DNA of 13,222 nt from Gemmatimonadota bacterium (GCA_020344375.1 CP070823.1:1613706-1626927), one strand, 5' to 3'. Shown: positions 4,899-12,420, numbered from the stretch's first letter. Notes: generated from the sequence alone by a model not told the origin. Numbers and translations are program-made.

Positions 4899-7064
4899 AT
4901 GGCTGAAGTACGCTGGCCCTACTGGGGACGTTTCACTGCGCTCGCCGCTGTCTCGCTGAGCCTGCTCCTCTTCTTCGTCTTCGGGTTTCTTCCCCAGCGA
5001 TTCCTGCTCGAGCTCGACTTCAGCGAGAGCGGGTTCGCCTATCCGGTCATCCGTTCGCCCCTGCCAACGCCGCCGATCCCACCGCCCGCGCCGGTGCAAC
5101 GGCCCGTGGCGCGCGGCCCGGCGGAACGCTTCTGGGCGGAGTACCTGCCGCTGGTTCAGGCCGGCGCTGATGAGGCGGCGCTGGGGCTCTTGCGCGCCTA
5201 CCTGGCTCGTCAACCGGAGGACATGGGGGCCCAGCTCGAGTACGGGCGTGCGCTCTGGCGGTTGGGTCGGCTAGATGCCGCGATCGGCGAGTATCGCCGC
5301 GCCCTCGCCCGCGCGGGGGACTCTGAGCTCAAGAGAGAGCTGGCGCGGCTCTACGTCACTGCCGGTCGCTGGGCTGAGGCCCTGGCCACCTACAAAGCCC
5401 TCGCGAGCGCGGCGCCGGATGATCTTGAGCTGCTGCGCGAGTACGCGCAGACGGCGACCTGGGGCGCGCGCTACGAACTGGCGGTTCAACTCTATGCGCG
5501 ACTCGTGGAACTCGACCCGGATGACGCGTCGCTGCGGCTCGAGTGGGCGCGCGTCCTCTACTGGTCGGATCAGCCAGAGCTCGCCGCGGAGGTCCTGGAT
5601 GGGTTGCCGGCCGGTCATGCCGGACCTGGTTTCGACTCGCTGCGGGCGGCGATCGTTGCGGCGCTGCCGCCACCGGATACGGCGACTCTGAGCCTGCTGG
5701 AGCGCGCCCGCGGCCTGGCGCTGGCGGGCGACGTAGCGTCGGCGCTGGCGATCTACCGGCTGCTAATGAGCGAGGGGCTGGCGGCCGACTCGCTGCTGTT
5801 GGAGATGGCGGACGTCTTCGAGTACCGGGCGAACGCGCCGGACAGCGCTCTGAGCTACCTGCGCGCCTACCTGGCTCGTCACCCGGACGGCAACGAGGTG
5901 CGGCTACGCATGGCCCAGCGGCTCGCCTGGTCCGGCCGGCTCGCTGAGGCGGAGGCGGACGCCGAGGCCATCCTGCGGGTGCAGCCGGAGAATGCCGAGG
6001 CCTGGGCGCTGCTGGGAGAACTGCGTCGCTGGCGTGGTGATCGTGCGGGCGCGGTGGAGGCCTATCAACGGTCGTTGGACCTCACCCCGGACGAGGCCAC
6101 GGCCGCTGAAGGCCTCGCCGCGCTCCGCGCGCAGGTGGATGCCGAGCTTTCGGCGCAGGGCAGCATCGGGCCGGCGAGCGGGTTCGAGTACTTCGCCGAC
6201 TCGGACGAGTTCAGTCTGGCACGCTGGCGCGCCGGCTGGACGGCGGGCGTGCCACGGACGCGGGGCGGCGTAGAGGTGGCGCTGGAGCGGCTTGAGGGCT
6301 TCGAGCTGACGGGTGAGCAGGATGGATTGACCGCCGCCGCCGCCCGGGCCGTAGGTGAGCGCTGGTGGCTGGAGGGCGGCCTGCACACGACGGCCACGCT
6401 GGGCGCCTGGGTTCCGGAGTCGGGCGCGCAAGCGCAGCCGATCATCGGGCTGGTGCTGGCGGCGCCGAGCTGGGGCGGCGCGTCCTATCGCTTCGAATAC
6501 CGGCGCGAGCCCGCCTACCGGGAGACGGCGACGCTGGAGGCGGCAGCGGCCGAGCTGCGCGTCGACGTGGCCGGGCTCGAGACCTATCGCCCGATCGCGG
6601 AGCGCTGGGACCTGTCGGCTCGCGCCCGCGTGGCCCGCTTCTCCGGCGTCGGCGACGCCAACCTGCGGGGCGACGCCGCGCTGGGCGTGTTCTTCCGTCC
6701 GGACGCGAGGTGGATTCTCGGGTTCGAGAGCCGTGGGCTGACTTTCGGCGATCCGGCGCCGCGCCCCGGGCGGCGACTCTACTGGGACCCGAACTGGTCG
6801 TGGGAGAACACGCTGCTCGTCGCCTGGCGCGGGGCGCCGGCCCCGGGCTGGGAGCTGGAGGCCCGAACGACTCCGGGCCTCGCCTGGCTGGACGAGCACG
6901 AACTCGACCCGACCGTTGTCTTCGTGTTCGGGGCGACCCTGGATGCCCGTTATCGGGTGGGCGTCTGGACGCTGCAGGGACGTGCCGGCTTCAGCCAGAG
7001 CCGGGCCGGCGGCTACCGGGTCTTCCGCCTGGAGCTGGGGCTGAGCCGCGGGTTCGGAGGCTAG
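4899..7064 (+). CDS. PgaA/BcsC-like exopolysaccharide export protein, 721 aa from ATG 4899. It has a signal/anchor helix, a Pro-rich linker, multiple TPR repeats (~80-420) and a C-terminal predicted beta-barrel porin domain (~430-721). The track ORF starts 33 nt earlier at GTG 4866.
   Basis: TPR-like repeats are 34-aa helical units, e.g. 'AQLEYGRALWRLGRLDAAIGEYRRALA', 'AEAWALLGELRRWRGDRAGAVEAYQRSLDLTPDE' and the recurring 'LRAYLARQPED/LRAYLARHPDG'. The C-terminal third shows alternating hydrophobic/polar dyads with aromatic girdle residues and an aromatic-rich end ('VFRLELGLSRGFGG'), typical of outer-membrane beta-barrels. ATG 4899 lies 1 nt after the upstream TAG, i.e. coupled. The N-terminus is hydrophobic (AAVSLSLLLFFVFGFL). 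Confidence 0.8.
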   Translation: MAEVRWPYWGRFTALAAVSLSLLLFFVFGFLPQRFLLELDFSESGFAYPVIRSPLPTPPIPPPAPVQRPVARGPAERFWAEYLPLVQAGADEAALGLLRAYLARQPEDMGAQLEYGRALWRLGRLDAAIGEYRRALARAGDSELKRELARLYVTAGRWAEALATYKALASAAPDDLELLREYAQTATWGARYELAVQLYARLVELDPDDASLRLEWARVLYWSDQPELAAEVLDGLPAGHAGPGFDSLRAAIVAALPPPDTATLSLLERARGLALAGDVASALAIYRLLMSEGLAADSLLLEMADVFEYRANAPDSALSYLRAYLARHPDGNEVRLRMAQRLAWSGRLAEAEADAEAILRVQPENAEAWALLGELRRWRGDRAGAVEAYQRSLDLTPDEATAAEGLAALRAQVDAELSAQGSIGPASGFEYFADSDEFSLARWRAGWTAGVPRTRGGVEVALERLEGFELTGEQDGLTAAAARAVGERWWLEGGLHTTATLGAWVPESGAQAQPIIGLVLAAPSWGGASYRFEYRREPAYRETATLEAAAAELRVDVAGLETYRPIAERWDLSARARVARFSGVGDANLRGDAALGVFFRPDARWILGFESRGLTFGDPAPRPGRRLYWDPNWSWENTLLVAWRGAPAPGWELEARTTPGLAWLDEHELDPTVVFVFGATLDARYRVGVWTLQGRAGFSQSRAGGYRVFRLELGLSRGFGG

Positions 7065-7067
7065 GCG

Positions 7068-8381
7068 ATGCGAAGTCGGCGTCCGTTCCTGCTCGTTATA
7101 GCCGCGGCGATCATCCTTGTTATCGGCCTCCTGCTCCTGGTCTGGGCCAGCCGGGCGCCGCTCGAGGTGCAGACGTTCATCGTGCGGCTCTCGATCGTCA
7201 CGCTGGTTCTGTTCCTGGTCATCCTCATCGCCCGCTACTTCACGCTGCTCTGGTTCGGCTACCTGCACCACCTCGAGTCGGGCGCTGAGGCGCCGCGGAA
7301 CGGGGTGGAGTATCCGCCGGTCTCGCTCCTCGTGCCGGCCTATAACGAGGGGAAGGTGATCGAGTCGGCGCTGAAGAGCCTGCTGAAGCTCGACTACCCG
7401 CACTACGAGATCATCGTGGTGGATGACGGCTCGACCGACGACACGCTGGCCAATGCCTCGCGCATGGCCGGCGGGTACGGGGGTTGCCGGGTGCGGGTGA
7501 CGACGAAGAGGAACGGCGGCAAGGCGACCGCGCTGAACGCGGGGCTAGCGATGGCTGAGTATCCCATCGTGCTCTGCATGGATGCCGACTCGCGGCTCGA
7601 ACCAGGTACGCTGAAGTCGGCGGTCGTGCACTTCCGCGATCCGTCGGTAGGCGCGGTGGCGGGCAACGTGAAGGTGGTGAACCGGCGGAACCTGTGGACG
7701 CGGCTGCAGGCACTCGAGTACGTCGAGGGCCTCAACATGGCGCGACGCGCGCAAGGGTTCCTCAACGCGGTGAACATCGTACCCGGGCCGATCGGGCTGT
7801 TCCGGCGCGAGGTGCTCCTGGCAGTGGGCGGCTACGAGCGCGACACCTTCGCCGAGGACGCCGACCTCACGCTCAAGATCCTCACGGCCGGCTGGAAGAT
7901 CCGCTACGAGCCGAAGGCGGTCGCTTGGACGGAAGCGCCGGAGCGGCTGGTGGATCTCATCCAGCAGCGCTATCGCTGGACGCGCGGGATCCTGCAGGCG
8001 CTAGGCAAGCACAAGCGCACGCTCGTCTTCCCACTGCCGGATCTACCGCTCTGGCTGTCGCTGGTGCAGATGGGGTTCGAGGCGGTCGTCTGGCCGGCGA
8101 TGAACGTTTACGGCCACCTGTTCTTCGCCTACGTGGCGATCGCCTTCGGATTGGGTGAGATGCTGCTGGCGTGGTGGGTGCTGCTCACGCTGCTCGACCT
8201 CGTGGCTGCGCTGGCGAGCGTCGGTATGGAGGAGGAGCAGCTGTCGCTGGTGCCCCATGCGCTGGTCTATCGTTTCTTCTTCATTCTGTTGATCGATGTC
8301 GTGAAACTCTGCTCCACGCTGGAGGAGGGCCTCAACCTGCGGATGGGCTGGGGGAAACTGGAGAGGGTGGGACGCATATGA
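7068..8381 (+). CDS. GT2-family processive beta-glycosyltransferase (polysaccharide synthase) of the PgaC/IcaA/NodC/HasA type, 437 aa. TM helices flank a cytoplasmic catalytic domain.
   Basis: Canonical synthase motifs are present: 'VSLLVPAYNE', 'IIVVDDGSTDDT' (DDG/DXD), 'CMDADS' (DAD), 'GNVKVVNR', 'FAEDADLT' (ED) and 'QQRYRWTRG' (QxxRW). Two N-terminal and several C-terminal hydrophobic helices. Length matches PgaC/IcaA (~410-440 aa). SD GGAGG lies 7 nt upstream, and the ATG is 3 nt after the TPR gene stop. Confidence 0.9.
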   Translation: MRSRRPFLLVIAAAIILVIGLLLLVWASRAPLEVQTFIVRLSIVTLVLFLVILIARYFTLLWFGYLHHLESGAEAPRNGVEYPPVSLLVPAYNEGKVIESALKSLLKLDYPHYEIIVVDDGSTDDTLANASRMAGGYGGCRVRVTTKRNGGKATALNAGLAMAEYPIVLCMDADSRLEPGTLKSAVVHFRDPSVGAVAGNVKVVNRRNLWTRLQALEYVEGLNMARRAQGFLNAVNIVPGPIGLFRREVLLAVGGYERDTFAEDADLTLKILTAGWKIRYEPKAVAWTEAPERLVDLIQQRYRWTRGILQALGKHKRTLVFPLPDLPLWLSLVQMGFEAVVWPAMNVYGHLFFAYVAIAFGLGEMLLAWWVLLTLLDLVAALASVGMEEEQLSLVPHALVYRFFFILLIDVVKLCSTLEEGLNLRMGWGKLERVGRI

Positions 8382-8671
8382 GCATCATCCAGATCATGGT
8401 GACGATCATCATCGTGACCATCCTGGTCACGGTGATCCTCGGTGTGGCTTCCTACGGCGCCTACTGGCTGCGTCGCGGTCGGCGCCCGGCGCCGCCCGTG
8501 GCGGTGGATACGAGGCCGCGCTTCTTCTACCGCTACGTCCCTGAGGATCAGGTTGCGGCCGAAGACACAGCAGCCGGGTCGGAGGTCGCGTCCGAGTCCG
8601 GCGAACCGGAGTCAGTGCCGGAGCTGGCGGCGAGTTCCGCCGATGCCGGGAATGGCCGGTCGCGTCGCTGA
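8378..8671 (+). CDS. Small single-pass membrane protein with an acidic disordered tail, 97 aa: MSIIQIMVTIIIVTILVTVILGVASYGAYWLRRGRRPAPPVAVDTRPRFFYRYVPEDQ.... Candidate accessory subunit of the synthase (PgaD/IcaD-like by position). The track lists it within a longer 8171-8671 ORF.
   Basis: ATG 8378 overlaps the synthase stop (ATGA at 8378-8381), the classic coupling seen for pgaC-pgaD and icaA-icaD. The N-terminus is an Ile/Val-rich TM helix, followed by a basic stretch and then an Asp/Glu/Ser-rich tail. Nothing upstream of 8378 in this frame is needed. Confidence 0.55.
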   Translation: MSIIQIMVTIIIVTILVTVILGVASYGAYWLRRGRRPAPPVAVDTRPRFFYRYVPEDQVAAEDTAAGSEVASESGEPESVPELAASSADAGNGRSRR

Positions 8672-10526
8672 GCCTCCAGGCCCGCGCACGCCCTGGACGT
8701 GGGCCGGCGCGATTCTGCTGCTGGGCACGCTGGTCGCCGGGCTGGTCGGCGCGGCGATCCTGCTCTGGCGTTTCATCGACGTCGATGCGCTGCTCGAAGC
8801 GAACGATGAGATGCCGCCGTCGGTCGAGGAGGTGGTCGCCGAGATCGTGCTGCCGGAGCTCCCTGCGACGGTCGCCTGGACGGCGTACCTGTACGAGTCC
8901 CCGCGCTCCGCTCGCTTCTTTCCCAATCAGGACTACTACTCGGCCTTGCTGGTTCGCTGGGGTTCGTTGCTCGAGGTTGTCGGCGCAACGGTTGAGCGCG
9001 TCTCCGGTGCAGCGGCCATCGATTCCCTCGGCCAGGGCGAGCTGCTGGTGATGCCCGCCGCGGTCTGCTTGGACGACGAGGAGCGAGATGCTCTGCTCCG
9101 CCACGCTGAGCGGGGCGGTCACATGCTGGCCACCTGGGCGCTGGGCGCACGCGACGAGGAGTGCGACTGGCTGGGGTACGAGTTCCTGAGGGACGTGGCC
9201 GGCGCCGAGACGGCCGGGACCCTGGAAGGACGACCTCCCACCTACCTTGTAGCTCCGCACGGCAGCGTGATCGCGGCCGGCCTCCCCCCTGGCTCACGTA
9301 TCGAGCTCAGAACCGAGCCGTGGATCACGCTGCGTGCGCACGCATCGAGCGTCTTCTGGTCCGACTGGGCGCTCAACCCTCGGCCGGCGCCCGAGGGCGG
9401 TGCGGGCGGCGCGGCCCTCGCCCATAGGCTCGATTCCGGTGGTCGCTTCACCTGGTTCGGCTACCGGGTCGATGTCGCTGCCAGCGAACCCGACCAGCGT
9501 CTTGTCGATCGCCTGGCCCAGAACGCGGCGCTCTGGGCGGCCGGCCACGTAGTGGCGGACGTGGATCCCTGGCCGGGTGGCTACGAAGCCGCGATGGCCG
9601 TGACCCTGGACGTGGAGCACAGCTTCAGGAACAGCCGGCGCCTGGCACGGCGCTTCGGTGCCATCCACGTCCCCGTCACCTTCTTCGTCGTGACCCAGCT
9701 CGCCCTTGAGCATCCCGAGCTCGCCCCTGCGCTCCGTGCTGTGGGCGAGATCGGCAGCCACAGCGTCGACCATCGCCAGATTGCCGGCCGGAGCTGGAAC
9801 ACCCAGCTGGCGGGTGCGAATCAGGCGCGAGCCGACATCGCGGCCTGGTCCGGCGATCTGCCCCTGGGATTGCGACCGCCGCGTGAGTTGTTCGACTCGC
9901 TGACGCTGGAGGCGTGGCGGCGGTCCGGCGGCACCTACCTGGCCGCGTCGAACGGCGCGCGCAGTGCCGCTCCGGACATCTTCGACGTTGAGTCGGGCGC
10001 GATTGTCGTGTTGCCGCGCGTCGTGGACGATGACTACACGGTGATAGTGACGCGCGGGCAGACCCGGCCGGATTCGTTGCGCGCCGCGTTCGCGAGCGGG
10101 CTCGAGAAGATGAGGTCGCTCGGTGGTCTCGACCTTGTCACCCTGCACACCCAGCTCGTCGATTCCGATCGCCGCCTGGACGCGTTGGAGTCGGTGGTCC
10201 GTCTGGCCCAGGAGGCCGGTGATGTTTGGATCGCTGGCGCGTCCGAGATCGCTGACTGGTGGATGCAGCGCGCCGGGCTCGAGCTAGGGGTACGGGAGCG
10301 CGCCGACCGCAGCGCGATCCTCTGGGTCCACAATTCCGGAACCGAGCCCGTGACCTCGGCCTGGCTTCGCATCTATCTGCCGGGGGAGCGCGCGACCTAC
10401 GCGGCCCCGGAAATCGGCGAGGTCATCCCCGAGTCCCACTACGGTCCCTGGGGCCTGCGGGTGAGGCTGCCGATAATCGAGCCGGGTGAGTCCCTCGGGA
10501 TCCTTCTGCCTCGGCGCGCCGGCTGA
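8643..10526 (+). CDS. Membrane-anchored two-domain protein, 627 aa from ATG 8643. It has an N-terminal TM helix, an unrecognised ~280 aa extracytoplasmic domain and a C-terminal CE4/NodB-type polysaccharide deacetylase domain of the 'DVE' motif-1 variant. It is the candidate PgaB/IcaB-equivalent. The track ORF starts at GTG 8442.
   Basis: CE4 motifs: motif 1 variant 'AVTLDVEHSF' (the T-[LV]-D-V-E-[DH] form seen in EPS-locus deacetylases, instead of TFDDG), motif 2 'GSHSVDH' (H-S-x-x-H) and motif 3 'LRPPRELF' (R-x-P-[YF]-like). The TM helix 'WAGAILLLGTLVAGLVGAAILLW' directly follows M-8643/M-8652. The first 200 nt of the track ORF overlap the upstream gene in another frame and are not needed. 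Stop is TGA 10524-10526. Confidence 0.8.
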   Translation: MPGMAGRVAEPPGPRTPWTWAGAILLLGTLVAGLVGAAILLWRFIDVDALLEANDEMPPSVEEVVAEIVLPELPATVAWTAYLYESPRSARFFPNQDYYSALLVRWGSLLEVVGATVERVSGAAAIDSLGQGELLVMPAAVCLDDEERDALLRHAERGGHMLATWALGARDEECDWLGYEFLRDVAGAETAGTLEGRPPTYLVAPHGSVIAAGLPPGSRIELRTEPWITLRAHASSVFWSDWALNPRPAPEGGAGGAALAHRLDSGGRFTWFGYRVDVAASEPDQRLVDRLAQNAALWAAGHVVADVDPWPGGYEAAMAVTLDVEHSFRNSRRLARRFGAIHVPVTFFVVTQLALEHPELAPALRAVGEIGSHSVDHRQIAGRSWNTQLAGANQARADIAAWSGDLPLGLRPPRELFDSLTLEAWRRSGGTYLAASNGARSAAPDIFDVESGAIVVLPRVVDDDYTVIVTRGQTRPDSLRAAFASGLEKMRSLGGLDLVTLHTQLVDSDRRLDALESVVRLAQEAGDVWIAGASEIADWWMQRAGLELGVRERADRSAILWVHNSGTEPVTSAWLRIYLPGERATYAAPEIGEVIPESHYGPWGLRVRLPIIEPGESLGILLPRRAG

Positions 10527-10594
10527 TCATCTTGCCCGGGCTTCAGATCCGGCCAGATTGCTGCTCAATAAAGCCCCCTTCGACATCCAAGAGA

Positions 10595-10624
10595 GGATGA
10601 GAGCGATCGACAGACCTCTCATCC
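10595..10624 (+). promoter_or_regulatory. Stem-loop in the 5' leader of the small-TM/SSS transporter pair: ggatgagag, a 12-nt loop, then ctctcatcc.
   Basis: Perfect 9-bp inverted repeat at 10595-10603 / 10616-10624, read directly. No U-tract follows, so it is not a canonical terminator. It lies 70 nt upstream of GTG 10694, in an AT-richer intergenic region. Confidence 0.3.
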
Positions 10625-10693
10625 GGAACGACACTCTGCACTGGCTCAAGAGACCGGAGCAGAAATCTGAACAGCCTTAAAGGAGGCCGGGCG

Positions 10694-10963
10694 GTGAAAT
10701 TCGACGAAGACCCGAGAATAAGAGTTAGCCGGAAGATCCTCGCGCTTGCCTGGCTCTTCTTCAGCCTCTATCTGGCCGCCATCATGGGCCTGTCCTTCAA
10801 CGTGGGCACAGAACCTTACCTCTGGGGACTGCCACGCTGGGTGGCGATCGGCAACATCATCGTTCCTGTCGTCTTTGTACTCCTGCTGATCTTCGTCGCC
10901 GAGAGGTTCATACCCGACGTGCCCATGACAGAGGACACGGGGGACACAGAGGAAGAGCGATGA
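10694..10963 (+). CDS. Small 2-TM membrane protein, 89 aa, of the kind found upstream of SSS-family transporters (DUF485/YjcH-like or DUF997/YhdT-like). Probable transporter accessory subunit.
   Basis: GTG start, with strong SD AAAGGAGG at 10679-10686. Two hydrophobic helices (LALAWLFFSLYLAAIMGL; VAIGNIIVPVVFVLLLIFVA) and an acidic C-tail. The stop overlaps the start of the downstream symporter (ATGA at 10960-10963), the arrangement typical of yjcH-actP and yhdT-panF pairs. Confidence 0.7.
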   Translation: MKFDEDPRIRVSRKILALAWLFFSLYLAAIMGLSFNVGTEPYLWGLPRWVAIGNIIVPVVFVLLLIFVAERFIPDVPMTEDTGDTEEER

Positions 10964-12420
10964 ACTGGGCAATCGTCTCTTTTCTCGCTTATACAGGAAT
11001 ACTGATCGCTATCGGAGTCTGGTCCTACCGGATTGTCGAGAAGGTCCCGATCACCAAATACGAGAATGAATTCTACGCGGCGGGTAGAGGCCTGGGCGGC
11101 ATCGTGGTTGCGCTGATCATAGCTGGTGGGTTGGCCAGTGCGGGGACCTTCATCGCTGGACCGGGCATGACCTATGCCTACGGATATTCCTGGGTCCTGA
11201 TCAACAACTTCCAGATCTTCATGAACCTGCTGCTCCTGGCTCCGATCGGCATCATTGTCGGGATCGTGGCGCGCAGGGTGAATGCGGTCACCTACCTGGA
11301 CATCTTCAGGGCTCGCTACCAGAGCAGGGCGATCATCGTGATCCTGACGCTCTTCGTGACCGTGTTCTTGTTGCCTTACATGGCCACTCAGTTCGTGGGG
11401 GCCGCCAGAGTCATCGCTCGGATGACTGGGATGGGTTACCTGGCTTCCCTGGCTCTCGGCTCACTGGTGGTCCTGGTCTACTGTGTTCTGGGTGGCATGC
11501 GAGGTACATCGCTTGCGACTCTGATTCAGGGCATCGTGATCACGCTTGGATGCATCGTGCTGTTCGTCGGAACCGTCGTGTACGCCGGCGGATTCCAGCG
11601 GTCGACCGAGATCCTGGCTGCCCAGGACATCAACTTCCTCTCACCGAGCATGGGTGGTGCTTTCCCGCCCATGTTCGCCTTCTCGCTCGCCTGCCTGACA
11701 GGCTATTTCATCGTCGGCATGCCGCACGCGATGTTAGGGGCGCTGACCTACAAGAACACGAGAGCGCTCAAGCGAGGCATCTGGATGGGCGCGATTCTGG
11801 TGCTTCTCTGGACACTGCTCTTGTGCATGGCCGGGGTCATCGGACGCTCGCTGGTGCCTGACCTCGCTGTGCCGGATGAGATCGCTCCCTGGCTGGCCAT
11901 GCACGTGGTACCGGAGGCGCTGGGCGGCATCGTCTTGGCGGGCATCGTGGCCGGCATCCAGACCACAGTGGCGGCCATGGCGATCATCATCACCTCCAGC
12001 ATCGCCAGTAACCTCTTGAGAGAGCTCAAGCCGGATGTTTCGGCCGAAAGAGTAAAATTCGCCTCCAGGGTCACCATGGGAGCCTGCCTGGCCATAGCCA
12101 TAGGCTTCGCTCTGCTGCAGCCTAGGCTGATCCAGTGGATCATCTTCTTTTCGATAGGCGGACTGGTCACCGCCACCTTTGGGCCGATACTCCTGGGGCT
12201 GTTCTGGAAGCGTGGGAATCAGTGGGGCGCCATAGCCTCGATATGCTGGGGGATGGTCATCTACGGGCTGGGAAACACGGTTGTGCCCCAGATGAGTCTC
12301 TGGGGCACGCATCCCTCCTTCGTTGCCGTGATCAGCTCGGTGATCGTCTACGTTCTGGTCAGCTCGGCGACGCCTCCCCCATCAGAAGAGATAGCCCGGA
12401 CCTTTTGGGGAAAGCGGTGA
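10960..12420 (+). CDS. Sodium:solute symporter (SSS) family transporter, PutP/PanF/ActP-like, 486 aa with ~13 TM segments.
   Basis: Polytopic membrane protein with SSS hallmarks: an N-terminal 'FLAYTGILIAIGVWS' helix, then 'FYAAGRGLGGIVVALIIAGGLASAGTFIAGPGMTYAYGYSW' (the GR-x-LG / G-x-x-xG core of SSS TM1-2), and a Gly-rich TM set throughout. Translationally coupled to the small 2-TM gene upstream. Confidence 0.9.
   Translation: MNWAIVSFLAYTGILIAIGVWSYRIVEKVPITKYENEFYAAGRGLGGIVVALIIAGGLASAGTFIAGPGMTYAYGYSWVLINNFQIFMNLLLLAPIGIIVGIVARRVNAVTYLDIFRARYQSRAIIVILTLFVTVFLLPYMATQFVGAARVIARMTGMGYLASLALGSLVVLVYCVLGGMRGTSLATLIQGIVITLGCIVLFVGTVVYAGGFQRSTEILAAQDINFLSPSMGGAFPPMFAFSLACLTGYFIVGMPHAMLGALTYKNTRALKRGIWMGAILVLLWTLLLCMAGVIGRSLVPDLAVPDEIAPWLAMHVVPEALGGIVLAGIVAGIQTTVAAMAIIITSSIASNLLRELKPDVSAERVKFASRVTMGACLAIAIGFALLQPRLIQWIIFFSIGGLVTATFGPILLGLFWKRGNQWGAIASICWGMVIYGLGNTVVPQMSLWGTHPSFVAVISSVIVYVLVSSATPPPSEEIARTFWGKR

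Noticed and set aside
5904-7403. 499-aa ORF on the minus strand spanning the TPR and GT2 genes
   Set aside because: It is antisense to two well-supported + strand genes with clear domain motifs. Its translation is Arg/Pro/Gly/Ala-rich low complexity, typical of GC-rich shadow frames, with no recognisable domain.
8442-8642. N-terminal 67-aa extension of the deacetylase ORF from GTG 8442
   Set aside because: The extension is Arg-rich low complexity and fully overlaps the small TM protein gene. M-8643 and M-8652 directly precede the predicted signal-anchor helix, which makes a later start far more likely.
8171-8671. Longer 166-aa form of the small TM protein ORF, starting at 8171
   Set aside because: Its first 69 codons lie inside the GT2 gene in another frame. 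The ATG at 8378 forms an ATGA overlap with the GT2 stop, and the protein from there begins with a clean TM helix.
8427-10148. Minus-strand ORFs 8427-9260, 8612-8926, 8773-9297 and 9294-10148 antisense to the deacetylase gene
   Set aside because: They are shadow ORFs in high-GC DNA. Their products are Arg/Pro-rich and low in complexity, and they overlap a + strand CDS carrying CE4 motifs.
2630-10640. Shared 9-mer ccggaacga at ~2630 and ~10621, and 'aataaag' in both intergenic regions
   Set aside because: Too short and isolated to distinguish from chance.
11550-12312. ORFs 11550-11861 +, 11734-12312 - and 11748-12176 - inside the SSS transporter gene
   Set aside because: They are alternative frames or antisense within a polytopic transporter CDS with a strong family signature.
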